Positions 49,324 to 58,551 of a DNA stretch of 64,000 nucleotides are shown one piece after another. The stretch's first letter is position 1. Each line of letters opens with the position of its first letter. Location: positions 114,601 through 178,600 of the forward strand of contig NZ_JAXMOH010000006.1 in NCBI RefSeq assembly GCF_034670005.1. The letters run 5' to 3'. The notes beneath the pieces were generated by a model. That model was not told where the DNA came from. It made no database searches and saw only the letters and a program-made list of their open reading frames with translations. The translations under genes and the position numbers were made by a program. This stretch comes from Thalassovita sp. (GTDB lineage Bacteria; Pseudomonadota; Alphaproteobacteria; Rhodobacterales; Rhodobacteraceae).

Positions 49324-49515
49324 TGAGTATTTTTGGCAAGATGAAAAGCGATGCCTTTCGAAGTAACGCGCCGTTAAGGTTAATCCATTAAGCATAACGC
49401 TGCGTTACAGGCTGGAGAGCCGATGGACGTGCAAGGTGAAACCCCGTTCCGCGCCCCGGTTCCGGGTTTGTGGGGCGGGGCGCCTCTTGTGGGTTCATCT
49501 TGCCAAAAATACTCA
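49324..49515. mobile_element. MITE-like non-coding element bounded by 22-bp perfect terminal inverted repeats
   Basis: TGAGTATTTTTGGCAAGATGAA at 49324-49345 is the exact reverse complement of 49494-49515. The 148-bp core contains a second long imperfect palindrome (GTAACGC...GCGTTAC, 49363-49408). No ORF. Confidence 0.55.
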
Positions 49516-49582
49516 AAAAAGCGCAACTTTTCAGCAGCCTGAGGCTTGGTCTATGGCGCGTTTGGATTACGTCTCCCTTTGC

Positions 49583-49795
49583 TTAGCGTTTCCGCGCATC
49601 CAGTTCTGAATTGAACAATCGCAGCTTGTGGCCGAAATTCTCGTGGTCGATGATCCCGTCGAAATTCTCGAACACGAAGGAAATCGCCTCGCCCTCGTCA
49701 AGCCCGGCCTCGGCCGCGAACCTTTTCAGCCGCCGGTAGGCGTCTTCGGTCATGGCGATTGGCATGCGCCGGGTCAGCCGGAAGCGTTTGGGCAT
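49583..49795 (-). CDS. ribbon-helix-helix (CopG/Arc-like) small protein
   Basis: AAGGAGG RBS. MPKRFRLTRRMPIAMTEDAYRRLKRFAAEAGLDEGEAISFVFE fits the beta-strand/helix/helix pattern. Confidence 0.6.
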   Translation of the reverse strand: MPKRFRLTRRMPIAMTEDAYRRLKRFAAEAGLDEGEAISFVFENFDGIIDHENFGHKLRLFNSELDARKR

Positions 49796-49904
49796 TGATC
49801 TCCTCCTTGTCGGATTCAACCGGCGCGCATCCCCTGCGCGCCGGAGCCGTGAGTGGGGCATTCCCCCCCCCTGTCAGCCTAAACAGGCGCGGTTAACTCC
49901 GGGC

Positions 49905-51683
49905 TCAGAACTGATCGGCGCTCAGCGCCATCACCGGATCGGCACCGCTGTTGATCCGCGCCAGGTGCATTCCGGTCGCGGGCAGGCGGCGCGCCATGTA
50001 ATAACGCCCGGTTGCCAGCTTGGTTTCATAGAACGCGGTGTCCGAGGTACCTGCATCCAGCGCTTCCTGTGCCGCCTTCGCCATCTGCGCCCACATCAGG
50101 CCGAGGCAAACATGGCCGAACAGATGCATGAAGTCATAGGATCCCGACAGCGCCGCGTTGGGGTTTTTCATACCGTTCTGCATGAAGAACATGCCAGCGG
50201 CCTGCAGATCCTTGGACGCCTGTTTCAGCGGCTCGAGGAAACCGTTTTTCAGCGCTTCATTGTCGCCGTTGTCCTTGATGAAGTTCTTCACAAGGTCGAA
50301 GAACGCCATCACGTGCTTGCCGCCATCCTGCGCCAGTTTGCGGCCAACCAGATCAAGCGCCTGAACGCCGTTGGCGCCCTCGTAGATCATCGCGATCCGG
50401 GCGTCGCGGGTGAATTGCGACATGCCGGTTTCTTCGATATAGCCATGGCCGCCATAGACCTGCTGAGCCTGCACAGTGGCCTGATAGCCTTCGTCGGTCA
50501 GGAAGCCTTTGACCACCGGGGTCAGTAGGCTGATCAGCCCGTCGGCATCCTTGTCGCCCATGCGGTGCGACCGGTCGATCATCTGCGCGCCCCACAGCAT
50601 GAAGGCGCGCGCGCCTTCGATGAAGCTTTTCTGGTCCATCAGGCTGCGGCGGATATCGGGATGCACGATCAGCGGATCGGCGGGACCATCGGGGTTTTTC
50701 ACCCCGGTGACGTCGCGGCCCTGAAGCCGGTCCTTGGCATAATCCAGCGCGTTCTGATAAGCCACCTCGGCCTGCGCCAGACCCTGCATGCCGACGCCGA
50801 TGCGGGCTTCGTTCATCATGGTGAACATGGCGCGCATGCCCTTGTGTTCCTCGCCCAGCAGATAGCCGGTCGCCTCGTCATAGTTCATGACGCAGGTGGA
50901 ATTGCCGTGAATGCCCATCTTTTCTTCGATCTTGCCGCAGGTGACGCCGTTGCGCGCGCCGGGGGTGCCGTCTTCGGTGACGATGAACTTGGGCACGATG
51001 AACAGCGACACGCCCTTGATGCCGTCGGGGCCGCCGGGGATCTTGGCCAGCACCAGATGGATGATGTTGGAGGCCATTTCGTGTTCACCGGCAGAGATGA
51101 AAATCTTCTGGCCGGAAATCTTGTAGCTGCCGTCGTCCTGCGGCACGGCCTTGGTGCGCATCAGGCCCAGATCGGTGCCGCAATGCGGTTCGGTCAGGTT
51201 CATGGTGCCGGTCCATTCACAGCTGACCATTTTCGGCAGGTAGGTCGTTTTCTGCGCGTCGGTGCCATGGGTCAGGATGGCCGAGGCCGCGCCGTGGGTC
51301 AGGCCCTGATACATGGTGAACGCCTGATTGGCCGAGCTGAACATTTCGCCCATCGCGGTGCCCATCACATAAGGCAGCCCCTGTCCGCCATATTCCTCGG
51401 GCATGTCCAGACCGGTCCAGCCGCCGTCGCGGACCTGATCGAAAGCTTCCTGAAACCCGGTCGGGGTGCGCACTACGCCGTTTTCCAGCACGCAGCCTTC
51501 GGTATCGCCCACCATGTTCAGCGGCGCCACAACTTCGGAGGTGATCTTGCCTGCTTCCTCCAGCACGGCCGAGGTGAAATCGGCATCAAGGTCTTGGTAG
51601 CCGGGAATATCCGACTGGCTGATCTTCAGAAGATCGTGCAGCACGAACTGCATGTCCTTGGTGGGGGCGGTATAGCTGGGCAT
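49905..51683 (-). CDS. long-type acyl-CoA dehydrogenase (592 aa, with C-terminal extension domain)
   Basis: [20 protein letters not shown]-terminal domain and ACAD core ([26 protein letters not shown]). Confidence 0.88.
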   Translation of the reverse strand: MPSYTAPTKDMQFVLHDLLKISQSDIPGYQDLDADFTSAVLEEAGKITSEVVAPLNMVGDTEGCVLENGVVRTPTGFQEAFDQVRDGGWTGLDMPEEYGGQGLPYVMGTAMGEMFSSANQAFTMYQGLTHGAASAILTHGTDAQKTTYLPKMVSCEWTGTMNLTEPHCGTDLGLMRTKAVPQDDGSYKISGQKIFISAGEHEMASNIIHLVLAKIPGGPDGIKGVSLFIVPKFIVTEDGTPGARNGVTCGKIEEKMGIHGNSTCVMNYDEATGYLLGEEHKGMRAMFTMMNEARIGVGMQGLAQAEVAYQNALDYAKDRLQGRDVTGVKNPDGPADPLIVHPDIRRSLMDQKSFIEGARAFMLWGAQMIDRSHRMGDKDADGLISLLTPVVKGFLTDEGYQATVQAQQVYGGHGYIEETGMSQFTRDARIAMIYEGANGVQALDLVGRKLAQDGGKHVMAFFDLVKNFIKDNGDNEALKNGFLEPLKQASKDLQAAGMFFMQNGMKNPNAALSGSYDFMHLFGHVCLGLMWAQMAKAAQEALDAGTSDTAFYETKLATGRYYMARRLPATGMHLARINSGADPVMALSADQF

Positions 51684-51707
51684 GTCTCTCTCCCTTTCAG
51701 GCCACCG

Positions 51708-52109
51708 TCATTCGGCGGCTTTCTTTTGCTGACGGAGCGAAACAATCATCTTTTCGCCCCATTTCATCTGTTCCTTCAGCTCTTCGATGGCCTTGTTCAG
51801 CTCATCGCGCTGTTCTTCCATGTCGTGCAGGCGTTCCTGCGCGACGTCATAGGTGCGGCTTAGCTGGGTCAGCTGCGCGTCGCCCATGTTGTAGAGGTCC
51901 AGCAATTGCCGGATCTCTTCGAGGCTGAAGCCGAAGCGCTTGCCCCGCAAAATCAGTTTCAGACGCGCCCGGTCCCGTTTGGTAAACAGCCGCTTCTGCC
52001 CTTCGCGTATCGGGAACAGCAGCTCCTTGGCTTCATAGAAGCGCAAGGTGCGCGGTGTGACCTGATACGCATCGCACATTTCTCGGATCGTCAGTGTTTC
52101 TTCGGTCAT
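51708..52109 (-). CDS. MerR-family transcriptional regulator (LiuR-like, no metal-binding Cys)
   Basis: TIREMCDAYQVTPRTLRFYEAKELL HTH and a coiled-coil C-terminus. Sits 24 bp upstream of the acyl-CoA dehydrogenase. Confidence 0.85.
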   Translation of the reverse strand: MTEETLTIREMCDAYQVTPRTLRFYEAKELLFPIREGQKRLFTKRDRARLKLILRGKRFGFSLEEIRQLLDLYNMGDAQLTQLSRTYDVAQERLHDMEEQRDELNKAIEELKEQMKWGEKMIVSLRQQKKAAE

Positions 52110-52174
52110 TTTTCGCTCGTGGATGTCGTCTGCAGACCAAGAATGCGACCCGTGATCCTTGGTTACAACAGGGG

Positions 52175-52190
52175 TTGACGTTTACGTAAG
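52175..52190. promoter_or_regulatory. imperfect palindrome TTGACGT-TT-ACGTAAG (candidate MerR/LiuR-type operator)
   Basis: Lies 66-81 bp upstream of MerR gene 51708-52109. A further GACGC-T-GCGTC palindrome is at 52194-52204. Confidence 0.4.
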
Positions 52191-52296
52191 CGGGACGCTG
52201 CGTCACTTTACAGGGTGACGTAGGATCAATCAAGGTAATCCAGAGGGTGTCATGATTTTCATGCGAAAAGCGAGCGTGACAAGGCTCGTAAAACGA

Positions 52297-52326
52297 AAAG
52301 GAGGCGGGAAACCCGCCTCCTTTTTT
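52297..52326 (-). terminator. intrinsic terminator after the second MerR gene
   Basis: AAAAGGAGGCGGG-AAA-CCCGCCTCCTTTTTT; U/A tracts on both sides, so possibly bidirectional. Confidence 0.75.
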
Positions 52327-52345
52327 GTCGTCTGTTTGAATTGTG

Positions 52346-52720
52346 TCACATGGATTTCAGCGCGTCTGCGGTTTCGTCGCGGGACTGGGTCAATTCTTCG
52401 ATGGCTTCCTCCAACTGGCGGCGCTGCTCTTCCAGTTCAGCCAGTTGGCGGGTTGAGCTATTGACCCAGGCTTCCATCTGCGCCTTGGTGCCTTCCTTGT
52501 CGTAGATCAGCAACCACTGGCGAATCCCTTCCAGCGAATAGCCCCATCTGCGCCCGCGCAGAACCAAGGTCATCCTCGCCACTTCGCGCGGCCCATAGTA
52601 GCGCGACCGGCCTTCGCGTTCAGGCTGCAACAGCTCGATATATTCGTAATAGCGCAAGGTACGCGGCGTCACATCGAATTTGGCGCACATTTCCTTGAAT
52701 GACAGTCGTGTTTCGGACAT
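52346..52720 (-). CDS. MerR-family transcriptional regulator (paralogue of 51708-52109)
   Basis: SFKEMCAKFDVTPRTLRYYEYIELL. Roughly 40-45% identity to the neighbouring MerR by eye. Start at internal ATG 52720. Confidence 0.85.
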   Translation of the reverse strand: MSETRLSFKEMCAKFDVTPRTLRYYEYIELLQPEREGRSRYYGPREVARMTLVLRGRRWGYSLEGIRQWLLIYDKEGTKAQMEAWVNSSTRQLAELEEQRRQLEEAIEELTQSRDETADALKSM

Positions 52721-52835
52721 TTCTTCGCTCCCTTGCCGGCAGGTTAGGATCAAGTTCGGGCAAGGGCAACCGCCGCCCTTGCGATTTCGGTCGAATGAAG
52801 CTCATAAACGTTACGTGAAAAATCAGGAGTAATTG

Positions 52836-53258
52836 ATGGCTGCCGATCAGACCCAAATTGCCCAGCAATTCATCGAAGCGATCCCCCATGCCAAGGAATT
52901 GGGGATGCAATATACCGAGGTCAAAGACGGCTTTGCCGCGATGACGATGCCCTATGACGAACGGTTCGTCGGTGATCCGCAGACGGGGGTGATCCATGGC
53001 GGTGCGGTTTTTTCCTTGCTTGATACAACTTGCGGCGCGGCAGTAATGAGCCACCCCAAGATGAAGGGCCACCCCGCGACCATTGATCTGCGCATAGATT
53101 ACATGCGCCCGGCAACACCGGGGCAGGCCATTCGTACCCGTGCGACCTGCTATCGCATGACCCGTTCGGTCGCGTTCGTGCGGGCCGAGGCGCTGGATGA
53201 CAATGATGAACACCCGGTCGCTTCGGCTGCGGGAACCTTTACCGTGGGGGGCAACTGA
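52836..53258 (+). CDS. PaaI-family hotdog thioesterase
   Basis: GVIHGGAVFSLLDTTCGAA motif. AGGAG RBS before ATG 52836 (the track start at 52833 is TTG). Confidence 0.8.
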   Translation: MAADQTQIAQQFIEAIPHAKELGMQYTEVKDGFAAMTMPYDERFVGDPQTGVIHGGAVFSLLDTTCGAAVMSHPKMKGHPATIDLRIDYMRPATPGQAIRTRATCYRMTRSVAFVRAEALDDNDEHPVASAAGTFTVGGN

Positions 53259-53767
53259 TGGGACGCAAACCGCCAGAGCCCGTGCAAGTGGTCAAGCAAC
53301 GCCGTGATGCCGCGCTGAATGCCCTGGTCCACGGCGTGCCCTATATTCAGTTTCTGGGGATTGAATTCGAACGGCGTGGCGATGAATTGACCGCCATCAT
53401 GCCGTTTCGGGACATGTTGATCGGTAACCCGATGCTGCCGGCAATCCACGGCGGGGCCACGGCGGCATTTCTGGAAGTGACCGCGATCATCGGTCTGAGC
53501 TGGTCAATCCTGTGGGAAAAGATCGAAAGCGGCGAAATTGACGCCGACGCGCTGGTGCAGGGCCATCTGCCGAGTCTGCCAAAGACCATTGATTTCACCG
53601 TGGACTATCTGCGTTCTGGCCTGCCGCGCGACGCTTATGCAAGGGCTCAGGTGAACCGGTCCGGGCGTCGCTATGCCAGCGTCCATGTCGAAGCATGGCA
53701 AGACAACAGGAACCGCCCCTTTGCTCAGGCCACCGGGCATTTTCTGATGCCGCGCCCCGAGGACTAG
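53258..53767 (+). CDS. PaaI-family hotdog thioesterase (second, tandem)
   Basis: PAIHGGATAAFLEVTAI motif; ATG overlaps the preceding TGA. Confidence 0.78.
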   Translation: MGRKPPEPVQVVKQRRDAALNALVHGVPYIQFLGIEFERRGDELTAIMPFRDMLIGNPMLPAIHGGATAAFLEVTAIIGLSWSILWEKIESGEIDADALVQGHLPSLPKTIDFTVDYLRSGLPRDAYARAQVNRSGRRYASVHVEAWQDNRNRPFAQATGHFLMPRPED

Positions 53768-53771
53768 GCGG

Positions 53772-55103
53772 TTGTCGACGCCGCCAGTGACGCATCGCAG
53801 GGTGTTGAAAATCGCCCTGCCGATTGTTCTGTCGAATGCCACCGTACCGTTGCTGGGGGCGGTGGATACCGGCGTTGTGGGGCAGATGGGGCTGGCCGCG
53901 CCAATCGGTGCGGTCGGCGTCGGCGCCATCATGCTGACCGCGATCTATTGGGTATTCGGTTTCTTGCGCATGGGCACGACCGGTTTGGTCAGTCAGGCCC
54001 ACGGTGCCGGGCAGACCGGCGAGGTGGCGGCGCTGCTGACGCGGGCGCTGATGATCGCCTGGGCGGCCGGATTGGCGATCATCGTGTTGCAAATCCCGAT
54101 CTTCGCCGCCGCGTTCTGGATGTCGCCGGCCACAGCCGAGGTCGAGTCGTTGGCGCGCGATTACATGCAGATTCGCGTGTTCAGCGCCCCGGCGGCCATA
54201 TCTATCTACGGGCTGACCGGCTGGCTGATCGCGCAGGAACGCACGCGCGGCATGTTCCTGATTCAGTTCTGGATGAACGGCATGAACATCCTGCTCGACC
54301 TAGTCTTCGTTCTTGGGCTGGATCTTGGTGTGCAAGGGGTGGCCTGGGCCACCTTCCTGTCTGAATGGAGCGCCTTTGGGCTGGCGCTTTACCTGTGCCG
54401 CGGTGCCTTCGCGGTGCCAGCCTGGCGCGACTGGCCGCGGGTGTTCGACGGTGAACGCCTGCGTCACATGATGCTGCTCAATACTAACATCCTGATCCGG
54501 TCGGCCCTGCTGCAGGTCATGTTCCTGTCCTTCATGATGCTGGGCGCGGATTTCGGCGACGTGACCCTGGCGGCAAATCAGGTCTTGCTGCAATTCCTCT
54601 ACATCACAGCCTATGGCATGGATGGTTTCGCCTTCGCCGCCGAGGCGTTGGTCGGTGGCTACATGGGCGCGCGCGACCGCCTGAAGATGCGCCGCGCCGC
54701 GCTGCTGTCCAGTTTCTGGGGGTTGATGGTGGGGCTGGCGATGACGCTGTTCTTCGCGTTCGCCGGAGGCATGATCATCGACATCATGACCACCGCCGCA
54801 CCGGTGCGCCACGAGGCACGCGTGTTCCTGATCTACATGGTGCTGGCACCGGTGTCGGGCGTGGCGGCCTGGATGCTGGACGGGATCTTTATCGGCGCTA
54901 CCGGCGGGCGCGACATGCGCAATATGATGCTGGTCAGCTTCGTCGTCTATCTGGTTGCACTGGCGGTGCTTTTACCGATCTTCGGAAATCACGGCCTGTG
55001 GATATCCCTGTTGATATCCTTTGTCGCAAGAGGCGTGACGCTGGCTCTGCGATATCCGGCGCTGGAACGGCGGGCACTGCCTGCAGAGGCGGTGTCGGAC
55101 TGA
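53772..55103 (+). CDS. MATE-family efflux transporter (DinF-like)
   Basis: THRRVLKIALPIVLSNATVPLLGAVDTGVVGQ and 12 TM helices. The track start is TTG, so the exact start is uncertain. Confidence 0.85.
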   Translation: MSTPPVTHRRVLKIALPIVLSNATVPLLGAVDTGVVGQMGLAAPIGAVGVGAIMLTAIYWVFGFLRMGTTGLVSQAHGAGQTGEVAALLTRALMIAWAAGLAIIVLQIPIFAAAFWMSPATAEVESLARDYMQIRVFSAPAAISIYGLTGWLIAQERTRGMFLIQFWMNGMNILLDLVFVLGLDLGVQGVAWATFLSEWSAFGLALYLCRGAFAVPAWRDWPRVFDGERLRHMMLLNTNILIRSALLQVMFLSFMMLGADFGDVTLAANQVLLQFLYITAYGMDGFAFAAEALVGGYMGARDRLKMRRAALLSSFWGLMVGLAMTLFFAFAGGMIIDIMTTAAPVRHEARVFLIYMVLAPVSGVAAWMLDGIFIGATGGRDMRNMMLVSFVVYLVALAVLLPIFGNHGLWISLLISFVARGVTLALRYPALERRALPAEAVSD

Positions 55104-55141
55104 TTTCCACAGGGATCCGCCTTTGGATAACTTGTGGAAAT
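55103..55141. repeat. 9-bp perfect inverted repeat ATTTCCACA-N21-TGTGGAAAT between convergent genes
   Basis: Read directly from the sequence; inner ATCC/GGAT pairing extends the stem; no U-tract on either side. Confidence 0.6.
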
Positions 55142-55160
55142 CCCGCCGCGCTGCTTGGTG

Positions 55161-55499
55161 TCACAGAATGTCCAGCACCGCCTCGGGCGGACGTCCGATC
55201 ACGGCCTTGCCGCCGCTGAAAACGATTGGGCGCTCGATCAGGACGGGATTGTCCGCCATCGCCGCGATCAACACGTCGTCAGGGTCGGTTTTCGACAGGC
55301 CCAGATCCTTGAATAACTGTTCCTTCACCCGCATCATCCCGATTGCAGTGACGCCCAAAGCGTCCCGCGCGGCACGGATTTCATCCGCGCTTGGCGCGTC
55401 GTCCAGGTATTTCCGGATCGTGAAGTCGCCACGACTTTCGATCAGCGCCAGAGTCTGCCGCGATTTCGAACAGCGCGGATTGTGCCAGATGGTGATCAC
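55161..55499 (-). CDS. arsC: ArsC-family (glutaredoxin-type arsenate reductase-like) protein
   Basis: (GTG start) [16 protein letters not shown]...IERPIV; start overlaps the pyrD stop (GTGA). Confidence 0.8.
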   Translation of the reverse strand: MITIWHNPRCSKSRQTLALIESRGDFTIRKYLDDAPSADEIRAARDALGVTAIGMMRVKEQLFKDLGLSKTDPDDVLIAAMADNPVLIERPIVFSGGKAVIGRPPEAVLDIL

Positions 55500-56554
55500 A
55501 GCCAGTCTTCCCTTTTTGTTGCGATAGCCTCGGACACATTGGCAAATCCATCGCGCTCCAGCAGCCGGTCGAGGCCACGGGCAATTTCAGCGCCTAGGCT
55601 GAACCCTTGATAGATCAGCGCGGTATAAAGCTGTACCGCCGACGCCCCGGCACGGATTTTGGCATAGGCGTCCTCGGCGCTGGAAATGCCACCGACGCCG
55701 ATCAGCGGCAATCGGCCATCGAGCCGGGCGGACAGCTGCGCCAGCACGCGGGTGGATTTTTCGAACAAGGGCGCGCCGGACAGCCCACCGGCTTCGGACG
55801 CATGAGGGCCGTGCAACCCGTTACGGTCCAACGTCGTATTGGTGGCGATCACCGCGTCAATGCCGGTGGACAGTGCCACTTCGGCGATGTCGCCGATTTC
55901 CGTATCACTCAGGTCGGGGGCAATTTTCAGGAAGATCGGGATCGGACGGTCCAATGCGTTGCGTGCCGCGATCACCCCCGACAGCAGCCCGGTCAGGGCG
56001 GCGGCCCCCTGCAGATCGCGCAGTTTTTCGGTATTGGGCGAGGACACGTTGACGGTGGCGAAATCCAAGTTAGCGCCGCAATGGCTCAGCACCCGGGCAA
56101 AATCGCCGGCCCGGTCATCGCTGTCCTTATTAGCGCCAAGGTTCAGCCCCAGCACCATGTCGCGCGGACGCTTGGCCAGCCGCGCACCGATCGCCTCCAT
56201 CCCGTCATTATTGAACCCGAACCGGTTGATCGCAGCACGATCTTCGGTCAGCCGGAACAAACGCGGCTTGGGGTTGCCCGGTTGCGGGCGCGGGGTCGCG
56301 GCGCCAACCTCGACGAAGCCGAAACCCGCGCGCGACAGCGATAGCAAAACGCTGGCATTCTTGTCGAAACCGGCGGCGATCCCGACCGGGTTGGCCATGT
56401 TCAGCCCCGCCACTTGGGTGCGCAGCCGGGGCGAGGTGACCAGACCGGACAGCGGCACCGCCCCCAACTGCAGCGCCTTGATCGCCAGCCCGTGGGCGGT
56501 TTCCGGGTCGATCCGGTGCATCGCCGTCAGACCCAGTTTTTCGATCAGTTTCAT
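55496..56554 (-). CDS. pyrD: dihydroorotate dehydrogenase (quinone)
   Basis: From internal ATG 56554: MKLIEKL...[26 protein letters not shown]...NVSSPNT...GGISS. Confidence 0.93.
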   Translation of the reverse strand: MKLIEKLGLTAMHRIDPETAHGLAIKALQLGAVPLSGLVTSPRLRTQVAGLNMANPVGIAAGFDKNASVLLSLSRAGFGFVEVGAATPRPQPGNPKPRLFRLTEDRAAINRFGFNNDGMEAIGARLAKRPRDMVLGLNLGANKDSDDRAGDFARVLSHCGANLDFATVNVSSPNTEKLRDLQGAAALTGLLSGVIAARNALDRPIPIFLKIAPDLSDTEIGDIAEVALSTGIDAVIATNTTLDRNGLHGPHASEAGGLSGAPLFEKSTRVLAQLSARLDGRLPLIGVGGISSAEDAYAKIRAGASAVQLYTALIYQGFSLGAEIARGLDRLLERDGFANVSEAIATKREDWL

Positions 56555-56889
56555 CGCACCCCCTCGGGGAACAGGTGTTCGCCATCGACCAATGGCAACG
56601 GTTTCGACCACAGCACATCGTCGAACCGCAATTGCCGGTAGAGATGCGGGAAAAGTGCGTCGCCGCGCGACACTTCCCAATGCAGCGCGTCCCCCAAAGC
56701 TTCGCTTTCCAGCGCCAGCAGGACCAGCCCGTCCTCGGCTTCGAAATGCTTGGCGGCGGTTTCGGCCACCTGTTCTGCGGTGGAAAAATGGACGAACCCG
56801 TCGGCCACATCGATGGGGGCACCATCGGTTGCGCCGTTTTCGACCAGCGATTGCCATTCCTCGGCACGGAAAATCTTGAATATCAGCAT
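56551..56889 (-). CDS. DUF952-domain protein
   Basis: [13 protein letters not shown]...[12 protein letters not shown]...FPHLY, typical of DUF952. Its stop overlaps the pyrD start. Confidence 0.75.
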   Translation of the reverse strand: MLIFKIFRAEEWQSLVENGATDGAPIDVADGFVHFSTAEQVAETAAKHFEAEDGLVLLALESEALGDALHWEVSRGDALFPHLYRQLRFDDVLWSKPLPLVDGEHLFPEGVR

Positions 56890-56945
56890 GAGGCTCAGAT
56901 GCCGCGAGACGGACCTTTGGTCAAGGGGCTTGTGCCCGGACCCGG

Positions 56946-58262
56946 TCAGTTCGGGTCCAGCCGGTCGATGTAATCGATTGTCTTTTCGATCGAGGACAGC
57001 GTGCTGACAGGGGTTGCAAACCAAGACAGGAACATCGTCGCACGGATATCGTGGTCCTGCATGCCTCGGGCGCGCAGGCTTCTGGGGTCGGTATAAGGGC
57101 GGCGCAGCCGGTCAGCAAAGTCAAACGCCGCGTCCCAATATCCCTGATCGACCGCTTCCTGTGCTTCGACGCAGCCCGACGGTATCGTGACGCCATTTTT
57201 ACCTTCATATGGCAGATAAGGGATCTGCTTGATCGAGATGATCTTGTTGGCCTGCCAGACACATGGCGCAGTGCCCTGCAAATCACCCTGCGAGATGCTC
57301 AGGGGGTGGCGATAGGCGGTGTTGGTGATGAAGGTCAGAACCGGGTTTCTGGCGTGAGGGGGGAATGTCTTGAGCCGGTTCAGGACATGCATGGTCTTGC
57401 GCTTGAAAACCGGTTCGTTCGCGGTCACCAGAACGTAAGGGTAATCGAATGCCACACCATCGACGACCAGCGGTTTGACCGATCTGGCATCCGCGCTCAG
57501 TTCGGCGCTGAATTTCATCATAACGTCATTGACCAGATCCCCGGTCGGACCAGCCGAGTGGATCGCGGGATCGCCTGCAATCGCCCAGTTCGGAAGATTG
57601 AACAACAGCGCCATTTGGACGTCCACGCCGGTGTTGGCCGGATGCAGGTTTATCAGATTGCGCAACTGCTTCATGTAAACGATGACGATCCGGGCGCTTT
57701 GGGCTGCGTTGAACCCGCCATGACGTCCCACGCCGCAGCTGAATCCCTTGGTCGAATGCGCAATTACCCTCAGGAAGGGACCATCGACATTCACCGAATG
57801 AATAGGAATGCCCTTTTGCAGAAGCCGGGAAACGATATTTTCGTATTCCCAGTTGGCGGCATTTCGGCCGACTTCAGTCGGATCGGCGCTTGATGCGCAG
57901 GCCTGGTCCGAAAGCCCGTATCCGCTGATATAGGTCAAATCGAAGTCCCGGCTGTTCCCGTCGCTCAGGACGCCTGACAGGTTTTCCAGATCCTTGTCGG
58001 ACAGATAGGTGCCGCGTTTGCGGGCGGTCCGGGCAGGGGTATAGGGGGAAATCAATGCCTGAGAAATGACCAGATCGGTTACGCCTCTGGCAAAAAGGGC
58101 GGTCCACATCTTCGTCCGTTCGGGCGAAGATGCGGTATCAAACACGTCCGCAAAATCCAAAGACCGCAGATTGGGTCCGAACTGAACCTCCTGGGCGGAC
58201 GGGGTTTGCGGCAAGGTCGCAATCACGACAGCGAAAATCAGGCGGGCAATCGTTCTGATCAT
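56946..58262 (-). CDS. secreted hypothetical protein, 438 aa, no recognisable domain
   Basis: Signal peptide MIRTIARLIFAVVIATLPQTPSAQE. Uninterrupted ORF; by eye it has more A/T-ending codons than its neighbours. Confidence 0.65.
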   Translation of the reverse strand: MIRTIARLIFAVVIATLPQTPSAQEVQFGPNLRSLDFADVFDTASSPERTKMWTALFARGVTDLVISQALISPYTPARTARKRGTYLSDKDLENLSGVLSDGNSRDFDLTYISGYGLSDQACASSADPTEVGRNAANWEYENIVSRLLQKGIPIHSVNVDGPFLRVIAHSTKGFSCGVGRHGGFNAAQSARIVIVYMKQLRNLINLHPANTGVDVQMALLFNLPNWAIAGDPAIHSAGPTGDLVNDVMMKFSAELSADARSVKPLVVDGVAFDYPYVLVTANEPVFKRKTMHVLNRLKTFPPHARNPVLTFITNTAYRHPLSISQGDLQGTAPCVWQANKIISIKQIPYLPYEGKNGVTIPSGCVEAQEAVDQGYWDAAFDFADRLRRPYTDPRSLRARGMQDHDIRATMFLSWFATPVSTLSSIEKTIDYIDRLDPN

Positions 58263-58551
58263 ACGTTTTGCCTTGTCTCATGAACAGTTGGGGAAACGGA
58301 CCGTTGGTCGCGGCACTTACCGCTGTGGTACACCGATAACGATAGCATGGGCTAGGCCCCGTCAAAAAGGAAAACGCAGTGTTTCCCGTACATATTTCCA
58401 AGCCCGCAGTCGCCCCTGATCGGGACGACATTCTGCAAAGCACAACCTATCGTTTACTTTGGGTAAATACGAATGTTTCAAATCATAGCTTTGACTCTTT
58501 GACCAAAGCTTTGCAGGGTATTTATTATCAGTCCATTTTGGGGGGCAGATC

